From: Candidatus Falkowbacteria bacterium
GTDB lineage: Bacteria; Patescibacteriota; Patescibacteriia; Patescibacteriales; UBA12465
Length of the DNA: 64,000 nt
Assembly (NCBI GenBank): GCA_026396875.1
Contig: JAPLVY010000007.1
Location: forward strand, 13,047-77,046
Direction: 5' to 3'
Of this stretch, positions 1 through 9,350 are shown one piece after another. Position numbers and translations under genes: made by a program. Each line of letters begins with the position of its first letter. The stretch's first letter is position 1. A model generated the notes under the pieces. That model was not told the DNA's origin, searched no databases, and saw nothing but the letters and a program-made list of their open reading frames with translations.

Positions 1-2
1 GC

Positions 3-2327
3 GGCACCCCTTATGTGGTCTACGAAAGTCTCGACATAGAGGCTAACTCTCGATTAATAGCTAGAAAATACGAAAATTCTAATTGGCAAAACATTGGAAC
101 ACCAATCAATAATAACGACCTGGGAAACAACCCCAAGATTTTCGTTGAAAATGGCACTCCTTATGTCTTCTTTCGCAATAATGATCAGGCAGAGTTAGCA
201 AAATACAACAGTGCTTCTTCCACCTGGGAAACAGTAGGGATTACTAATTTTACCGGTGGAGCAATTAACAGTACTGGACTGATAGTAAAGAATGGAACTC
301 CTTACGTTTTATTCTCCAACAATTTAGGATTCGTTAAAGTAATGAGATTTAATGGCACCCACTGGGAGCTTGTCGGAGCAAGTTTGAACTCCGCCAACGC
401 TCAAGACTTATCGCTCAAGTTAAGTGACGGCGAAATTTATGCCGGCTTCCGCGAAGGAACTACGGGAAAAATCTTCAAACTAACGGGAAACTCCTGGGTA
501 TCGGTTGGCAATATTGGGGCGAGTGTCGACTCAAACTTTAACTTTAATGTTTTTGCCAGTACTACATATGCGGTTTTTGATCAAACAATTAACGGTAAAA
601 GCGCCCTAAAAGCTTTTAGAAATAAACGATATGTTGGCAACCCTGGTTATTTTGCAGCAATTGGCGGTGGAGTCTCCAGTGTTTCCTATGGACCAGCGGT
701 TTCTCCTAGTATTAGTTTTAGTAATTCTGGCATTCCTTTCGTTTCTTATATCGATACCGACCTAAACAATAAAGTAATTATTAGAAAATACGACGCAAGT
801 ATCGACCCTTATTGGCAAACAGTTGCTGATGAAAATTTCTCGCCAGCAGATAGCGGCCATCCGATAATATTTATTGAAGATAATCAGCTCTATGAATCTT
901 ACCAAGAAAATGACCTAACTGGCAGTGGCGACATTGCCGGACCATTAACTGTTAAAAAATTTCAAGAAACACCAATTAGCACCACAATCCAGTACTACAG
1001 TGATCAAGCTCTGAGCTCTCCGGTGGCAGATAATCACATTGCCGACGCCGGTGAAGTTTATTATCAAAAGATCAGTAGCAGCGAGAACGGTGTTCCTCTG
1101 GCTACTATTAGTATCGACGCGGAAGGGATCAATAATGACATTAGCGACCAGCCTCTCGAAAAAATAAATTCCGAAAAACCAAAGAATAATAGTTTTGTCC
1201 TGCGAAGACAAATAAGAAGCGATCACCTGGCGCTTGCTAGCCAGCCAGAAGATATAAATATTAGTTTCAAGGATGATTTTGGAGAAAACGTCCCCGTACA
1301 AATTAACAATAAAATTGCTAAAGCGCTACTAATATCAAACACAAACGGCGACAACACTCCACCGGCAATAAATTTGAACGGGGCAAATCCTTTAAATATT
1401 TATTTAGACGAAGACTACCTTGAACCTGGAATAGGGGTAATTGATAATGTTGACGGCGACATTAGTAATCGTGCTACCAGTACAAATAATATCCAGAGGG
1501 GACGCCTGGGGTCATATTCGGTCAATTACCGCGCCAGGGATAACGCCAACAATGACGGTCAAAATATCAGGACTGTAAATATTGTTTCTAGGCCATCCGG
1601 CGGCTTCTTCTCAGCGGTACCAGTCAAGCATTTTAGCTCGATAAACTCCCCATTGGTTCTTAAATATGGTCAGTCAGGAGACTTAAGCACCCAGAAGATA
1701 AGAGATAAGCAGACCTTTAAAATCGAAACTGTAGTTCCCGAACAACGGACTGCTTCTTCTACAACCTACTTAGGTGAAATAAGCCAATCAACAAGCAGTT
1801 TGGGATTTATTTACAGCATCAAGGCTTTAAATGATCAGCAAAAAAATATCTCAAAGTTTGATCAAAACCTGACAATTAAAATATTTTCTCCAGAAATAAA
1901 AGAAGGAAGCAAGCTAGGGCTTTATTCTTATAACCAAGACGATAAAAAATGGCAGAAACTGAAAGATTACACATTCAACTATCAAGAACAAAGCGCCAGC
2001 ACCATTCTGGATAAACCAGCGGAATTATCTTTAATCACTGATAACAACCAGGCAAATATGGCCCCACCCGTGAATACTGGAAATTCCGAATCCGTAACAA
2101 AAATTGCGTTAATAAAGAACTCTCTGCAATACGGAAACCGCACTCCGGAAGTAAAGAAATTACAACAATTTTTAATTCAGAATAAGACTCTCGCACCAAA
2201 ATTAGCAACCGGGTTCTATGGGCAGCTAACCACCAATGCTGTAAAGAAATTTCAAACATCTTATAAATTACCAGCTACCGGCAAGGTAGACACCAAAACA
2301 AAAAATAAGATTAACGAATTAAATTAA
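3..2327 (+). CDS. Large surface protein, 5'-truncated by the window: propeller-like repeats, DUF5011/Ig-like domain, C-terminal peptidoglycan-binding domain
   Basis: Frame is open from the window start (GTPYVVY). Repeated (N)GTPYV..W..VG units; DNTPPAINLNGANPL..DNVDGDIS Ig-like motif; LQYGNR..VKKLQQFL..TGFYG..T..AVKKFQ..L..TG.VD..T PG_binding_1 motif. Confidence 0.75.
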   Translation, partial: GTPYVVYESLDIEANSRLIARKYENSNWQNIGTPINNNDLGNNPKIFVENGTPYVFFRNNDQAELAKYNSASSTWETVGITNFTGGAINSTGLIVKNGTPYVLFSNNLGFVKVMRFNGTHWELVGASLNSANAQDLSLKLSDGEIYAGFREGTTGKIFKLTGNSWVSVGNIGASVDSNFNFNVFASTTYAVFDQTINGKSALKAFRNKRYVGNPGYFAAIGGGVSSVSYGPAVSPSISFSNSGIPFVSYIDTDLNNKVIIRKYDASIDPYWQTVADENFSPADSGHPIIFIEDNQLYESYQENDLTGSGDIAGPLTVKKFQETPISTTIQYYSDQALSSPVADNHIADAGEVYYQKISSSENGVPLATISIDAEGINNDISDQPLEKINSEKPKNNSFVLRRQIRSDHLALASQPEDINISFKDDFGENVPVQINNKIAKALLISNTNGDNTPPAINLNGANPLNIYLDEDYLEPGIGVIDNVDGDISNRATSTNNIQRGRLGSYSVNYRARDNANNDGQNIRTVNIVSRPSGGFFSAVPVKHFSSINSPLVLKYGQSGDLSTQKIRDKQTFKIETVVPEQRTASSTTYLGEISQSTSSLGFIYSIKALNDQQKNISKFDQNLTIKIFSPEIKEGSKLGLYSYNQDDKKWQKLKDYTFNYQEQSASTILDKPAELSLITDNNQANMAPPVNTGNSESVTKIALIKNSLQYGNRTPEVKKLQQFLIQNKTLAPKLATGFYGQLTTNAVKKFQTSYKLPATGKVDTKTKNKINELN

Positions 2328-2341
2328 AAAACGGAGAGAAC

Positions 2342-2376
2342 AAAAAAAGACTTCAATAATATTGAAGTCTTTTTTT
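2342..2376. terminator. Bidirectional intrinsic terminator
   Basis: A7-GACTTCAATA-A-TATTGAAGTC-T7 between convergent genes. Confidence 0.85.
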
Positions 2377-2386
2377 ATTTAAAAAT

Positions 2387-4054
2387 CTATTTCTTCTTTT
2401 TTAAATCTCGACAGGTCTTAACAAAATCAACAAATAATGGGTGAGGAGCTAAGGGTCGAGAAATATACTCTGGATGAAATTGCACACCGACAAAAAATGG
2501 GTGTGAAGAAATCTCAATTGCTTCCACAATTTGACCATCCGGTGAAGTGCCAGAAACGGTCAAACCTTTCTTCTCTAATAATTCTCGGAATTCGTTGTTA
2601 AATTCATAACGATGACGATGACGCTCGCTAACCACCTTTTCTTCGGTGAACTTGGCATAAGCCTTCGCCAGACGAGTCCCTGGTTTGAGAGTGCAGGGCC
2701 AACCGCCCAAACGAATGGTGCCGCCATAACCTTTTTGAGCAATTAATTCTTTTTGGTTCGGCATAATGTGGATTACTGGATGTTTAGTCTTGCTATCAAC
2801 CTCTTCTGAATTAGCATCCTTCCAACCAAGAACATTGCGAGAAAATTCAATTACCGCCATTTGCATGCCGTAGCACAAACCAAAATAAGGAATCTTTTTC
2901 TCACGACAATAACGAATTGCCTCAATCTTCCCTTCACTGCCGCGACCGCCCCAGCCCTGAGGAATAATGAGGCCATCAAAATTACTAAGCATTTTCGCGC
3001 CTTTTTCGCCAACTTCTTCGGCTGACAACCAATGCAGGTTAACTTTGGTGCGAGTGTTGGCACTGGCATGGCGAACCGCTTCAATTACTGAAATATAGGA
3101 ATCAGTCAAACAGAAGTCGCCGCTCGCAAAATATTTGCCAACAATACCGACCTCAATTGTATCTTTTGGATTTTTGAGATCAGAAACCATTTTTCGCCAA
3201 GCAACGTTACCATCTTTGGTGCGAGATTTTAAGCTGAACTTTTTTAAAATGTTTTCTCCCAGATGGTCTTTTTCAAAATTTAAAGGAATGTCGTAGATAG
3301 AGTCAGCATCGGGAGCAGCAATAACGTCTTCCACAGCAACATTACAATTGATAGCAATTTTTTCTTTACGTGCTGAATCAATTGGCAATTCACTGCGGGC
3401 AACCAAGAAATCGGGCTGGATGCCGGCGGCTTGCAGATTACGAACAGCATGCTGAGTGGGTTTGGTTTTCATTTCTCCAATTTTATTGGGAATCGGCAAA
3501 TAAGAAACCATAACAAACAATACGTCTTTTGGTGCATAGAGCTTCATTACGCGAGCTGCTTCCAAAAACAAGAGATTCTCATATTCACCAACGGTGCCGC
3601 CAATCTCGATAATCATAATTTCAGCACCAGTCTTATCCACTGCCTTCTCTATTCGTTCTCTAATTTCCTGAGGAATGTGTGGCACTACTTGAACGCACTT
3701 GCCGTGATACTCCAAATTGCGCTCTTTCTCGATCACTGAACGATATACTCGCCCAGTTGTCATATAGTTCTCTTTGTAAATATTTTTTCCCAAAAATCGC
3801 TCATAATTGCCAATATCCTGATCGGTTTCGTCACCGTCTTCGGTCACAAAAACTTCTCCATGTTCAACTGGATTCATGGTGCCAGCATCGACATTAATGT
3901 ATGGATCCATCTTGATGGCGCTCACTTTGAAACCATGATCTTGAAGAATTTCACCGATTGAAGCGGTGGTAATCCCCTTGCCCACTCCACTCATTACTCC
4001 ACCGACCACAAAAATGAATTTTGTTGGTTTTTTCTTTGTTTTTTTAGTAACCAT
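2387..4054 (-). CDS. pyrG: CTP synthase
   Basis: GGVMSGVGKG, DPYINVDAGTM, KTKPTQH, GLCYGMQ, ERHRHRYE, QFHPE motifs. Confidence 0.98.
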   Translation of the reverse strand: MVTKKTKKKPTKFIFVVGGVMSGVGKGITTASIGEILQDHGFKVSAIKMDPYINVDAGTMNPVEHGEVFVTEDGDETDQDIGNYERFLGKNIYKENYMTTGRVYRSVIEKERNLEYHGKCVQVVPHIPQEIRERIEKAVDKTGAEIMIIEIGGTVGEYENLLFLEAARVMKLYAPKDVLFVMVSYLPIPNKIGEMKTKPTQHAVRNLQAAGIQPDFLVARSELPIDSARKEKIAINCNVAVEDVIAAPDADSIYDIPLNFEKDHLGENILKKFSLKSRTKDGNVAWRKMVSDLKNPKDTIEVGIVGKYFASGDFCLTDSYISVIEAVRHASANTRTKVNLHWLSAEEVGEKGAKMLSNFDGLIIPQGWGGRGSEGKIEAIRYCREKKIPYFGLCYGMQMAVIEFSRNVLGWKDANSEEVDSKTKHPVIHIMPNQKELIAQKGYGGTIRLGGWPCTLKPGTRLAKAYAKFTEEKVVSERHRHRYEFNNEFRELLEKKGLTVSGTSPDGQIVEAIEISSHPFFVGVQFHPEYISRPLAPHPLFVDFVKTCRDLKKKK

Positions 4055-4061
4055 AGAACTA

Positions 4062-4090
4062 TTGACTTAAAATAAATAATATGTTAGATT
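4062..4090 (+). promoter_or_regulatory. sigma70 promoter with extended -10
   Basis: TTGACT-17 bp (ending TGT)-TAGATT, 39 bp before ATG 4130. Confidence 0.65.
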
Positions 4091-4129
4091 TTAAGGGTTA
4101 ACAACTAAATATCAACGAAAACAGCAAAA

Positions 4130-4627
4130 ATGAAGAAAACAATTTCTATCACCGAGAACGCAGGGAAAATGGTGATAACGGTAACAGGTCTACAGTCAAG
4201 AACTTTCGGCACAGTGACGGAAATCGCCAAGCATATCTTGGCCAGCCATCACCGGGCTTACAAAGAAGGGACAATTAATTACTTTGGCGACATCGACAAA
4301 TGGCGCACAATTGGCAGCCTGATTGATGACCTGGCCGAAAAAAAACAACGGGAGTATGACTTCAAAGTCATCGATGACTACCCAGTCGTGGTGTTCCAAT
4401 TTGCGGAAAAATTTAAGGTGAAAAGCGAAGGAGAAATTTCAATCCTCAAGTCCCTAGAAAAACTAACGGGACATTTGATTGAATTTCACCTGACCGATTT
4501 TCAATCGGGTGATATATTCTTTAATGTTGAACCTGAAAGTCTGGAATTCATAAACTCGGAACTTAACGCCCAAAAATTGGAAGGTAGTCTTCATGATCTT
4601 GGGAGATTAGCCCAACGTGAGTATTAA
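4130..4627 (+). CDS. Hypothetical orphan protein (165 aa)
   Basis: ORF fills the gap between pyrG and ctpA, with its own promoter and terminator; no recognisable motif. Confidence 0.7.
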   Translation: MKKTISITENAGKMVITVTGLQSRTFGTVTEIAKHILASHHRAYKEGTINYFGDIDKWRTIGSLIDDLAEKKQREYDFKVIDDYPVVVFQFAEKFKVKSEGEISILKSLEKLTGHLIEFHLTDFQSGDIFFNVEPESLEFINSELNAQKLEGSLHDLGRLAQREY

Positions 4628-4645
4628 AAACTCGAACCTATAAAC

Positions 4646-4671
4646 GGGAGCGTAAAAAACGCTCTCTTTTT
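4646..4671 (+). terminator. Intrinsic terminator
   Basis: GGGAGCG-loop-CGCTCTC followed by T run. Confidence 0.65.
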
Positions 4672-5926
4672 ATTTGTTTTTCAATAACAACTCCACTGCT
4701 CGATTCAATTGTGGATCCTTATCCTTATTAAAATCATCTGGACTTAACTTTACTTCAATATTTGGAGTGATCCCAATATCACTGATTGAATTTCCAGCCG
4801 GAGTGAGCCATTTTGCTACCGTGACCTTGAGTGATGACCCGTCCGACAATTCACGTACCGATTGTACGCTACCTTTACCAAAGGTTTTTTCACCGATAAT
4901 TGTTCCCTTCTTCAAATCAAGGAGAGCACCGGAAACAATTTCTGAAGCAGAGGCACTACCGCCATTCACAAGGACTGCTGTCTTTAGGTTTTCCAGGCGA
5001 CCATTGCCGTTGGAGCTATAATTTTTCAAACTGCCATCGGAAAATTTTTCTGTCACCACTCGGCCGGAAGGAATCCATTCACTGGCGATTGCGACCGCTG
5101 AATCGAGATAACCACCAGGATTATTTCTCAAATCTAGGATCAAACCCTTTGGTTTTTTCTCTTGGATTTGCTTCACAGCATCTTCAAATAAATTGAGCGT
5201 ATCATCACCGAAACTAGAGATCCTTAAGACCGCCAAGCCATCTTTACGAAATTCCACTTTAACACTTTTTACAATAATTATTTCTCTGGTTATTTCCAAA
5301 ATTTTAGCCGCCGTAAAGCCCTCTCTCATAATAGAAATCTTAACAGTCGTTCCTTTTGGTCCACGAATCAATCTAACAGCCGCATCGGTAGTCATGCCGG
5401 CAGTGGAGGTCCCGTTTATTGCCAAAATTTTGTCGCCGGCCTTCAGTCCAGCCTTTTGAGCTGGCATGCCATCAAGTGGCGCCACAATTGTGATTTGATT
5501 GTTTTTACTAGCGATTTCCGCACCAATACCTTCAAAAGTACCAGCCATATCTGAACTGAATTCCTGAGTTTCTTTTGGGTCCATGAAAACCGTGTATGGA
5601 TCGCCCATCGAAGCGGTAAGTCCCTTCAATGAGCCATAAAACATTTCTTGGGAATTCAGTTTGTCTTTGTTAACAAAATCTTTACTCAGGAGTGCCCAAA
5701 CTTGTCCATACAAAGAAAAATCGATATTTTCCGGTTTACTACTAGTAGCAAGCTCATCTGAAGATGATGCGTTATTTTTATTGCCACCATTTAGGTAAAC
5801 GAAGTCTTCACTGGCAAAACAAGTGTTTTTTTCACTTCCCTTGCCTGAATAAAAACCGCTAGTAAAGGCCAGTCCGGCAATTACCAGGACTAAGGCGCCA
5901 GTGATAATCTTTTTTGGTATTTTCAT
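4670..5926 (-). CDS. ctpA: Carboxyl-terminal processing protease, S41 family, PDZ domain
   Basis: N-terminal TM, DPYT, GIGA, LDLRNNPGG, SASASEI, GEKTFGKGSVQ. Confidence 0.95.
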   Translation of the reverse strand: MKIPKKIITGALVLVIAGLAFTSGFYSGKGSEKNTCFASEDFVYLNGGNKNNASSSDELATSSKPENIDFSLYGQVWALLSKDFVNKDKLNSQEMFYGSLKGLTASMGDPYTVFMDPKETQEFSSDMAGTFEGIGAEIASKNNQITIVAPLDGMPAQKAGLKAGDKILAINGTSTAGMTTDAAVRLIRGPKGTTVKISIMREGFTAAKILEITREIIIVKSVKVEFRKDGLAVLRISSFGDDTLNLFEDAVKQIQEKKPKGLILDLRNNPGGYLDSAVAIASEWIPSGRVVTEKFSDGSLKNYSSNGNGRLENLKTAVLVNGGSASASEIVSGALLDLKKGTIIGEKTFGKGSVQSVRELSDGSSLKVTVAKWLTPAGNSISDIGITPNIEVKLSPDDFNKDKDPQLNRAVELLLKNK

Positions 5927-5934
5927 ATTATTTT

Positions 5935-6543
5935 TTATTTTCTTAAAATGACTTCCTTGTCACCACTTAGATCAACTAAGCTAGACGGCTTGATTGAGCG
6001 AGGCAGGCCACCATCGATAATCAAATCTGGCTTCACGCTTTTATTCTTAAAAAAAATATAAGCTGCCGTCATGTCAGAAAAAGGATTCTGACCGTGAAGA
6101 TTAAAACTTGTGGAGACCAGAGGAACCCCGCTTAACTTTACTATTTTACGCAAAAAATCACTGGCTGGCAAACGAAGACTCAAAACCTCACGATTTGCTT
6201 CTAATTCCCTGGATAAGAGTTTTCTGCTTGGCAACATCACGGTTACTGGGCGACGCTTTTTACGCAAACGACTCCAGGTTTCATTTCGACGATTATTGAT
6301 AAATACGTATTTTTTGGCTTGTGTCACTGACGATACCAACATCAGATAATGGCGAGCGCCGTTAAAAGGTCGATTCTTGATGGCTGCAATTTTTTTAATG
6401 GCCGCAGAGGAGGTAGCCAAACAACTAAGCCCATAAATAGTATCGGTCGGCAAGGCCACCACCTTCCCTTTTTTTAGGAAAAGCAAAATCTCTTCCAGCA
6501 CCTCTTGCTCTGGATTTTTTAAGTTTAACTTCAGATATTTCAT
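5935..6543 (-). CDS. tsaC: L-threonylcarbamoyladenylate synthase (Sua5/YrdC/TsaC)
   Basis: PTDTIYGL, K-x-R (KNRP), STSFN, PSSLVD. Confidence 0.9.
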   Translation of the reverse strand: MKYLKLNLKNPEQEVLEEILLFLKKGKVVALPTDTIYGLSCLATSSAAIKKIAAIKNRPFNGARHYLMLVSSVTQAKKYVFINNRRNETWSRLRKKRRPVTVMLPSRKLLSRELEANREVLSLRLPASDFLRKIVKLSGVPLVSTSFNLHGQNPFSDMTAAYIFFKNKSVKPDLIIDGGLPRSIKPSSLVDLSGDKEVILRK

Positions 6544-7055
6544 AAGATGGACTGCAGTGCCTTGAGGGCCTCTGGGAGAACGGGCATCATGATGTTAACT
6601 ACTTTTAGGAGAAACGGCGCCATTTTTGAGGCAATCAACTGATTACCAAATAAAGACCCAATAATCGCATAGCGTGAAGACACAAAAATTATTAAACCAA
6701 GAAAGAGTGAGCCCTCCACGAGCCCTAAAATACCCCCTAGAATGCGGTTGATTAATTTGGTGAAAGGAATGAAAGAAACGAGATCAAACAGCTTCTCGAT
6801 GGCAATAAAGGCCCAATCCGTCAGCTTGGCCGCCACAACAAAGATAATAATAAAAGAAGCTACCTTGCCAATATTATCATGCCCGTTCATCAGGTGCTTG
6901 CTCCAGGCAAAAAACACCAAATAAAAATGACTGGCGACAAAAGCACCGACAATCACCCCGACTAGTCGACCGAATAATCTAATTAGCCCCTTGGCCAAGC
7001 CATTAAAAACAAAACCGGCCAAAATTAATAAGAGAACGATGTCAAAAATAGACAT
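6540..7055 (-). CDS. cvpA: CvpA family membrane protein
   Basis: FDIVLL..GLAKGLI, NRILGGILG; four TM segments. Confidence 0.85.
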   Translation of the reverse strand: MSIFDIVLLLILAGFVFNGLAKGLIRLFGRLVGVIVGAFVASHFYLVFFAWSKHLMNGHDNIGKVASFIIIFVVAAKLTDWAFIAIEKLFDLVSFIPFTKLINRILGGILGLVEGSLFLGLIIFVSSRYAIIGSLFGNQLIASKMAPFLLKVVNIMMPVLPEALKALQSIL

Positions 7056-7071
7056 ATTTTTTATTTTAATT

Positions 7072-8505
7072 CTAACTTAAACGTGGAAAAAGAGATTCAC
7101 CTTTAGTAACCTGCTCGGCACTGAACTGTTTAATTATTTTTTCGGCACTATCTGGCAAGAACGGAGCAAGCAAACAAGCGATATGCAAAATGCTTTCCGC
7201 AATCGGTCGAAGAATATTTTCAATCTCTTTTTTATCACTCATCTTCCAGGGAGCAGAGGCAGAAAGCTTTTCATTATTAGCAGCAATTAGCTGCCAAATA
7301 GCTTGCAAATTAACACCAAAACGATAAGCGTCTTTAGAATAATCAACAAAAAAATCTTTTGCTGCCATCTCGGCCTGATGACGGTCCAGCTTGGTGGAGA
7401 TATTATTCTTTTCCAGCAAATTAGAAACTCTAGCAACTAGATTACCAAGACCATTTGCCAGATCGGCATTATACTTTTGCACCAAACGTTCTTCAGAAAA
7501 ATCACCATCTTCAAACATCTGAATTTCCGTAAGTAAATAGTAACGCACCGCATCAATGCCAAATTTTTCTGCCGTGATAAATGGATCAACAGTATTGCCG
7601 GTACTCTTACTGATTTTTTGCCCATTCAAGGAGAGAAAACCAAAAACCAGAACCTGTTTGGAAAAAGGTAGGCCAGCGGAAGCAAGCATTGCCTGCCACA
7701 TCGCACTTTGTTGACGAAGATTATCTTTACCACAAACCTGAACTGCCGGCCAAAAATCTTGAAATTGCTTTTGATCTTCCGGCCAACCGAGGGTGGAAAT
7801 ATAATTAGCGAGAGCATCAAACCAGACATACATTACCTGGCTTTCGTCTCCTGGAACTGGCACGCCATTGGGCATTTTACTGGCCAGACGGGAAACAGAA
7901 AAATCCTGCAAGCCACCGGCCACAAAATTTTTAATTTCTGTCAGACGGTTGCTCGGCACCACAAAATCTGGACGCTCTTCATAAAGTTTAAGCAATGCTT
8001 CTTGATATTTAGAAAAACGAAAGAAATAATTTTCTTCATCTATTACCTCGAGATCTTTGGCTGGGTGAAGTGGGCAACGATTATTAACCAATTCAGATTC
8101 TGTTTTTTCCATTTCACAACCGACACAGTACTTTACTTGATAATTTTTTTTATAAATATCGCCGTTCTTCTCGCATAAACGCCAAAATTCTTGTGCCGCC
8201 ATCACGTGATGATCGTCGGAGGTGCGAATAAAGTTGGTGAAACTAACATTGAGTGCTTCTCTTAAAGAATGAAATTTTTCAGCATAAGAATCGCAGTAAG
8301 CTCTCGGCTCCATTCCCGCTTCCTGCGCTTTCTGATAAATCTTTAAACCGTGCTCATCGGTACCGGTGTTAAAAACTACAACATTCCCCAAAAGACGCTC
8401 AACGCGAGCAATCACGTCGGCCTTAATTATTTCTGCCGCAAAACCAATGTGCGGATCGGAATTGGTGTATGGCAAAGTTGTGGTAATATAAAAATTTTTA
8501 GACAT
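7072..8505 (-). CDS. metG: Methionine--tRNA ligase (short form)
   Basis: YITTTLPY, HIGF, GTDEHG, YVWFDAL, KISKS. Confidence 0.97.
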   Translation of the reverse strand: MSKNFYITTTLPYTNSDPHIGFAAEIIKADVIARVERLLGNVVVFNTGTDEHGLKIYQKAQEAGMEPRAYCDSYAEKFHSLREALNVSFTNFIRTSDDHHVMAAQEFWRLCEKNGDIYKKNYQVKYCVGCEMEKTESELVNNRCPLHPAKDLEVIDEENYFFRFSKYQEALLKLYEERPDFVVPSNRLTEIKNFVAGGLQDFSVSRLASKMPNGVPVPGDESQVMYVWFDALANYISTLGWPEDQKQFQDFWPAVQVCGKDNLRQQSAMWQAMLASAGLPFSKQVLVFGFLSLNGQKISKSTGNTVDPFITAEKFGIDAVRYYLLTEIQMFEDGDFSEERLVQKYNADLANGLGNLVARVSNLLEKNNISTKLDRHQAEMAAKDFFVDYSKDAYRFGVNLQAIWQLIAANNEKLSASAPWKMSDKKEIENILRPIAESILHIACLLAPFLPDSAEKIIKQFSAEQVTKGESLFPRLS

Positions 8506-8508
8506 AAA

Positions 8509-9204
8509 TTATTTGGTTTTTTGTTTTTTTTCTTTACCGATGATAAGGACAAACTCTCCCTTGGTGGTTACCGCGTCTGCCTCAAAAGCAGCGAGTAGCT
8601 TTTCGGGAGATCCCCGGTAAACGCTTTCGAATTTTTTGGTTAACTCGCGACAAATTGTTACTTGGAAATTTTCTTGAAGAGCAATTAATTCATTTAATAA
8701 TTTAAAAACGCGATGTTTGGACTCATAAACTACTGCCGGATATTCACTGGCAACTATTTGTTTTAACATTGTTTGCCTACCTTTCTTATGAGGCAAAAAA
8801 CCAAGAAATAAAAAACGATCACAACCCACGCCAGCAATAGAAATTGCCGCCGCCAAAGCACTTGGTCCGGGAACTGATTCAATTAATACTTCCTCGCCAC
8901 ATTCTTTGCGCACTAATTCAACCAATGCTGCGCCGGGGTCGGAAATTCCTGGCGTACCAGCATCAGAAACTAAAGCCAAGCTCTTTTCTGCCTTCAACCA
9001 AGAAATGATTTGATCAGTTCGACTAAGGCCTGAGTGTTGGTGGTAGGAAATGGTCGGCGTCTTGATTTCGTAGTGCGCCAAAAGATTACGCGTTACTCTG
9101 GTATCTTCACACAAAACATAATCCGCCTCTTTCAAAACGCGAACCGCACGAAAACTGAGGTCTTCTAAATTTCCAATTGGCGTTCCAACAACAAATAGTG
9201 ACAT
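8509..9204 (-). CDS. rsmI: 16S rRNA C1402 2'-O-methyltransferase
   Basis: GTPIGNLED, CEDTR, SDAGTPGISDPG, RELTKKFE. Confidence 0.96.
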   Translation of the reverse strand: MSLFVVGTPIGNLEDLSFRAVRVLKEADYVLCEDTRVTRNLLAHYEIKTPTISYHQHSGLSRTDQIISWLKAEKSLALVSDAGTPGISDPGAALVELVRKECGEEVLIESVPGPSALAAAISIAGVGCDRFLFLGFLPHKKGRQTMLKQIVASEYPAVVYESKHRVFKLLNELIALQENFQVTICRELTKKFESVYRGSPEKLLAAFEADAVTTKGEFVLIIGKEKKQKTK

Positions 9205-9226
9205 AAATAAAAAAACTAAACGATTC

Positions 9227-9345
9227 GGCTTTTATTTTGGAATGAAATGCAAGGAAGAAGTTGAAGTTGGAGCGAACCGTATTAAACATACGGTAAGTGA
9301 ACAACTTCGGCGATCTGTCGACCCAGTTCGTCCAAAATTAAAGCT
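9227..9345. repeat. Long multi-stem inverted repeat (structured RNA or REP/MITE-like element)
   Basis: Nested stems 9227-9241/9331-9345, 9260-9269/9302-9311 and 9276-9282/9288-9294. Confidence 0.6.
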
Positions 9346-9350
9346 GTTAA

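Noticed and set aside
9107-9304. 65-aa ORF crossing the intergenic hairpin
   Set aside because: Overlaps rsmI out of frame; the region is better explained by the inverted repeat
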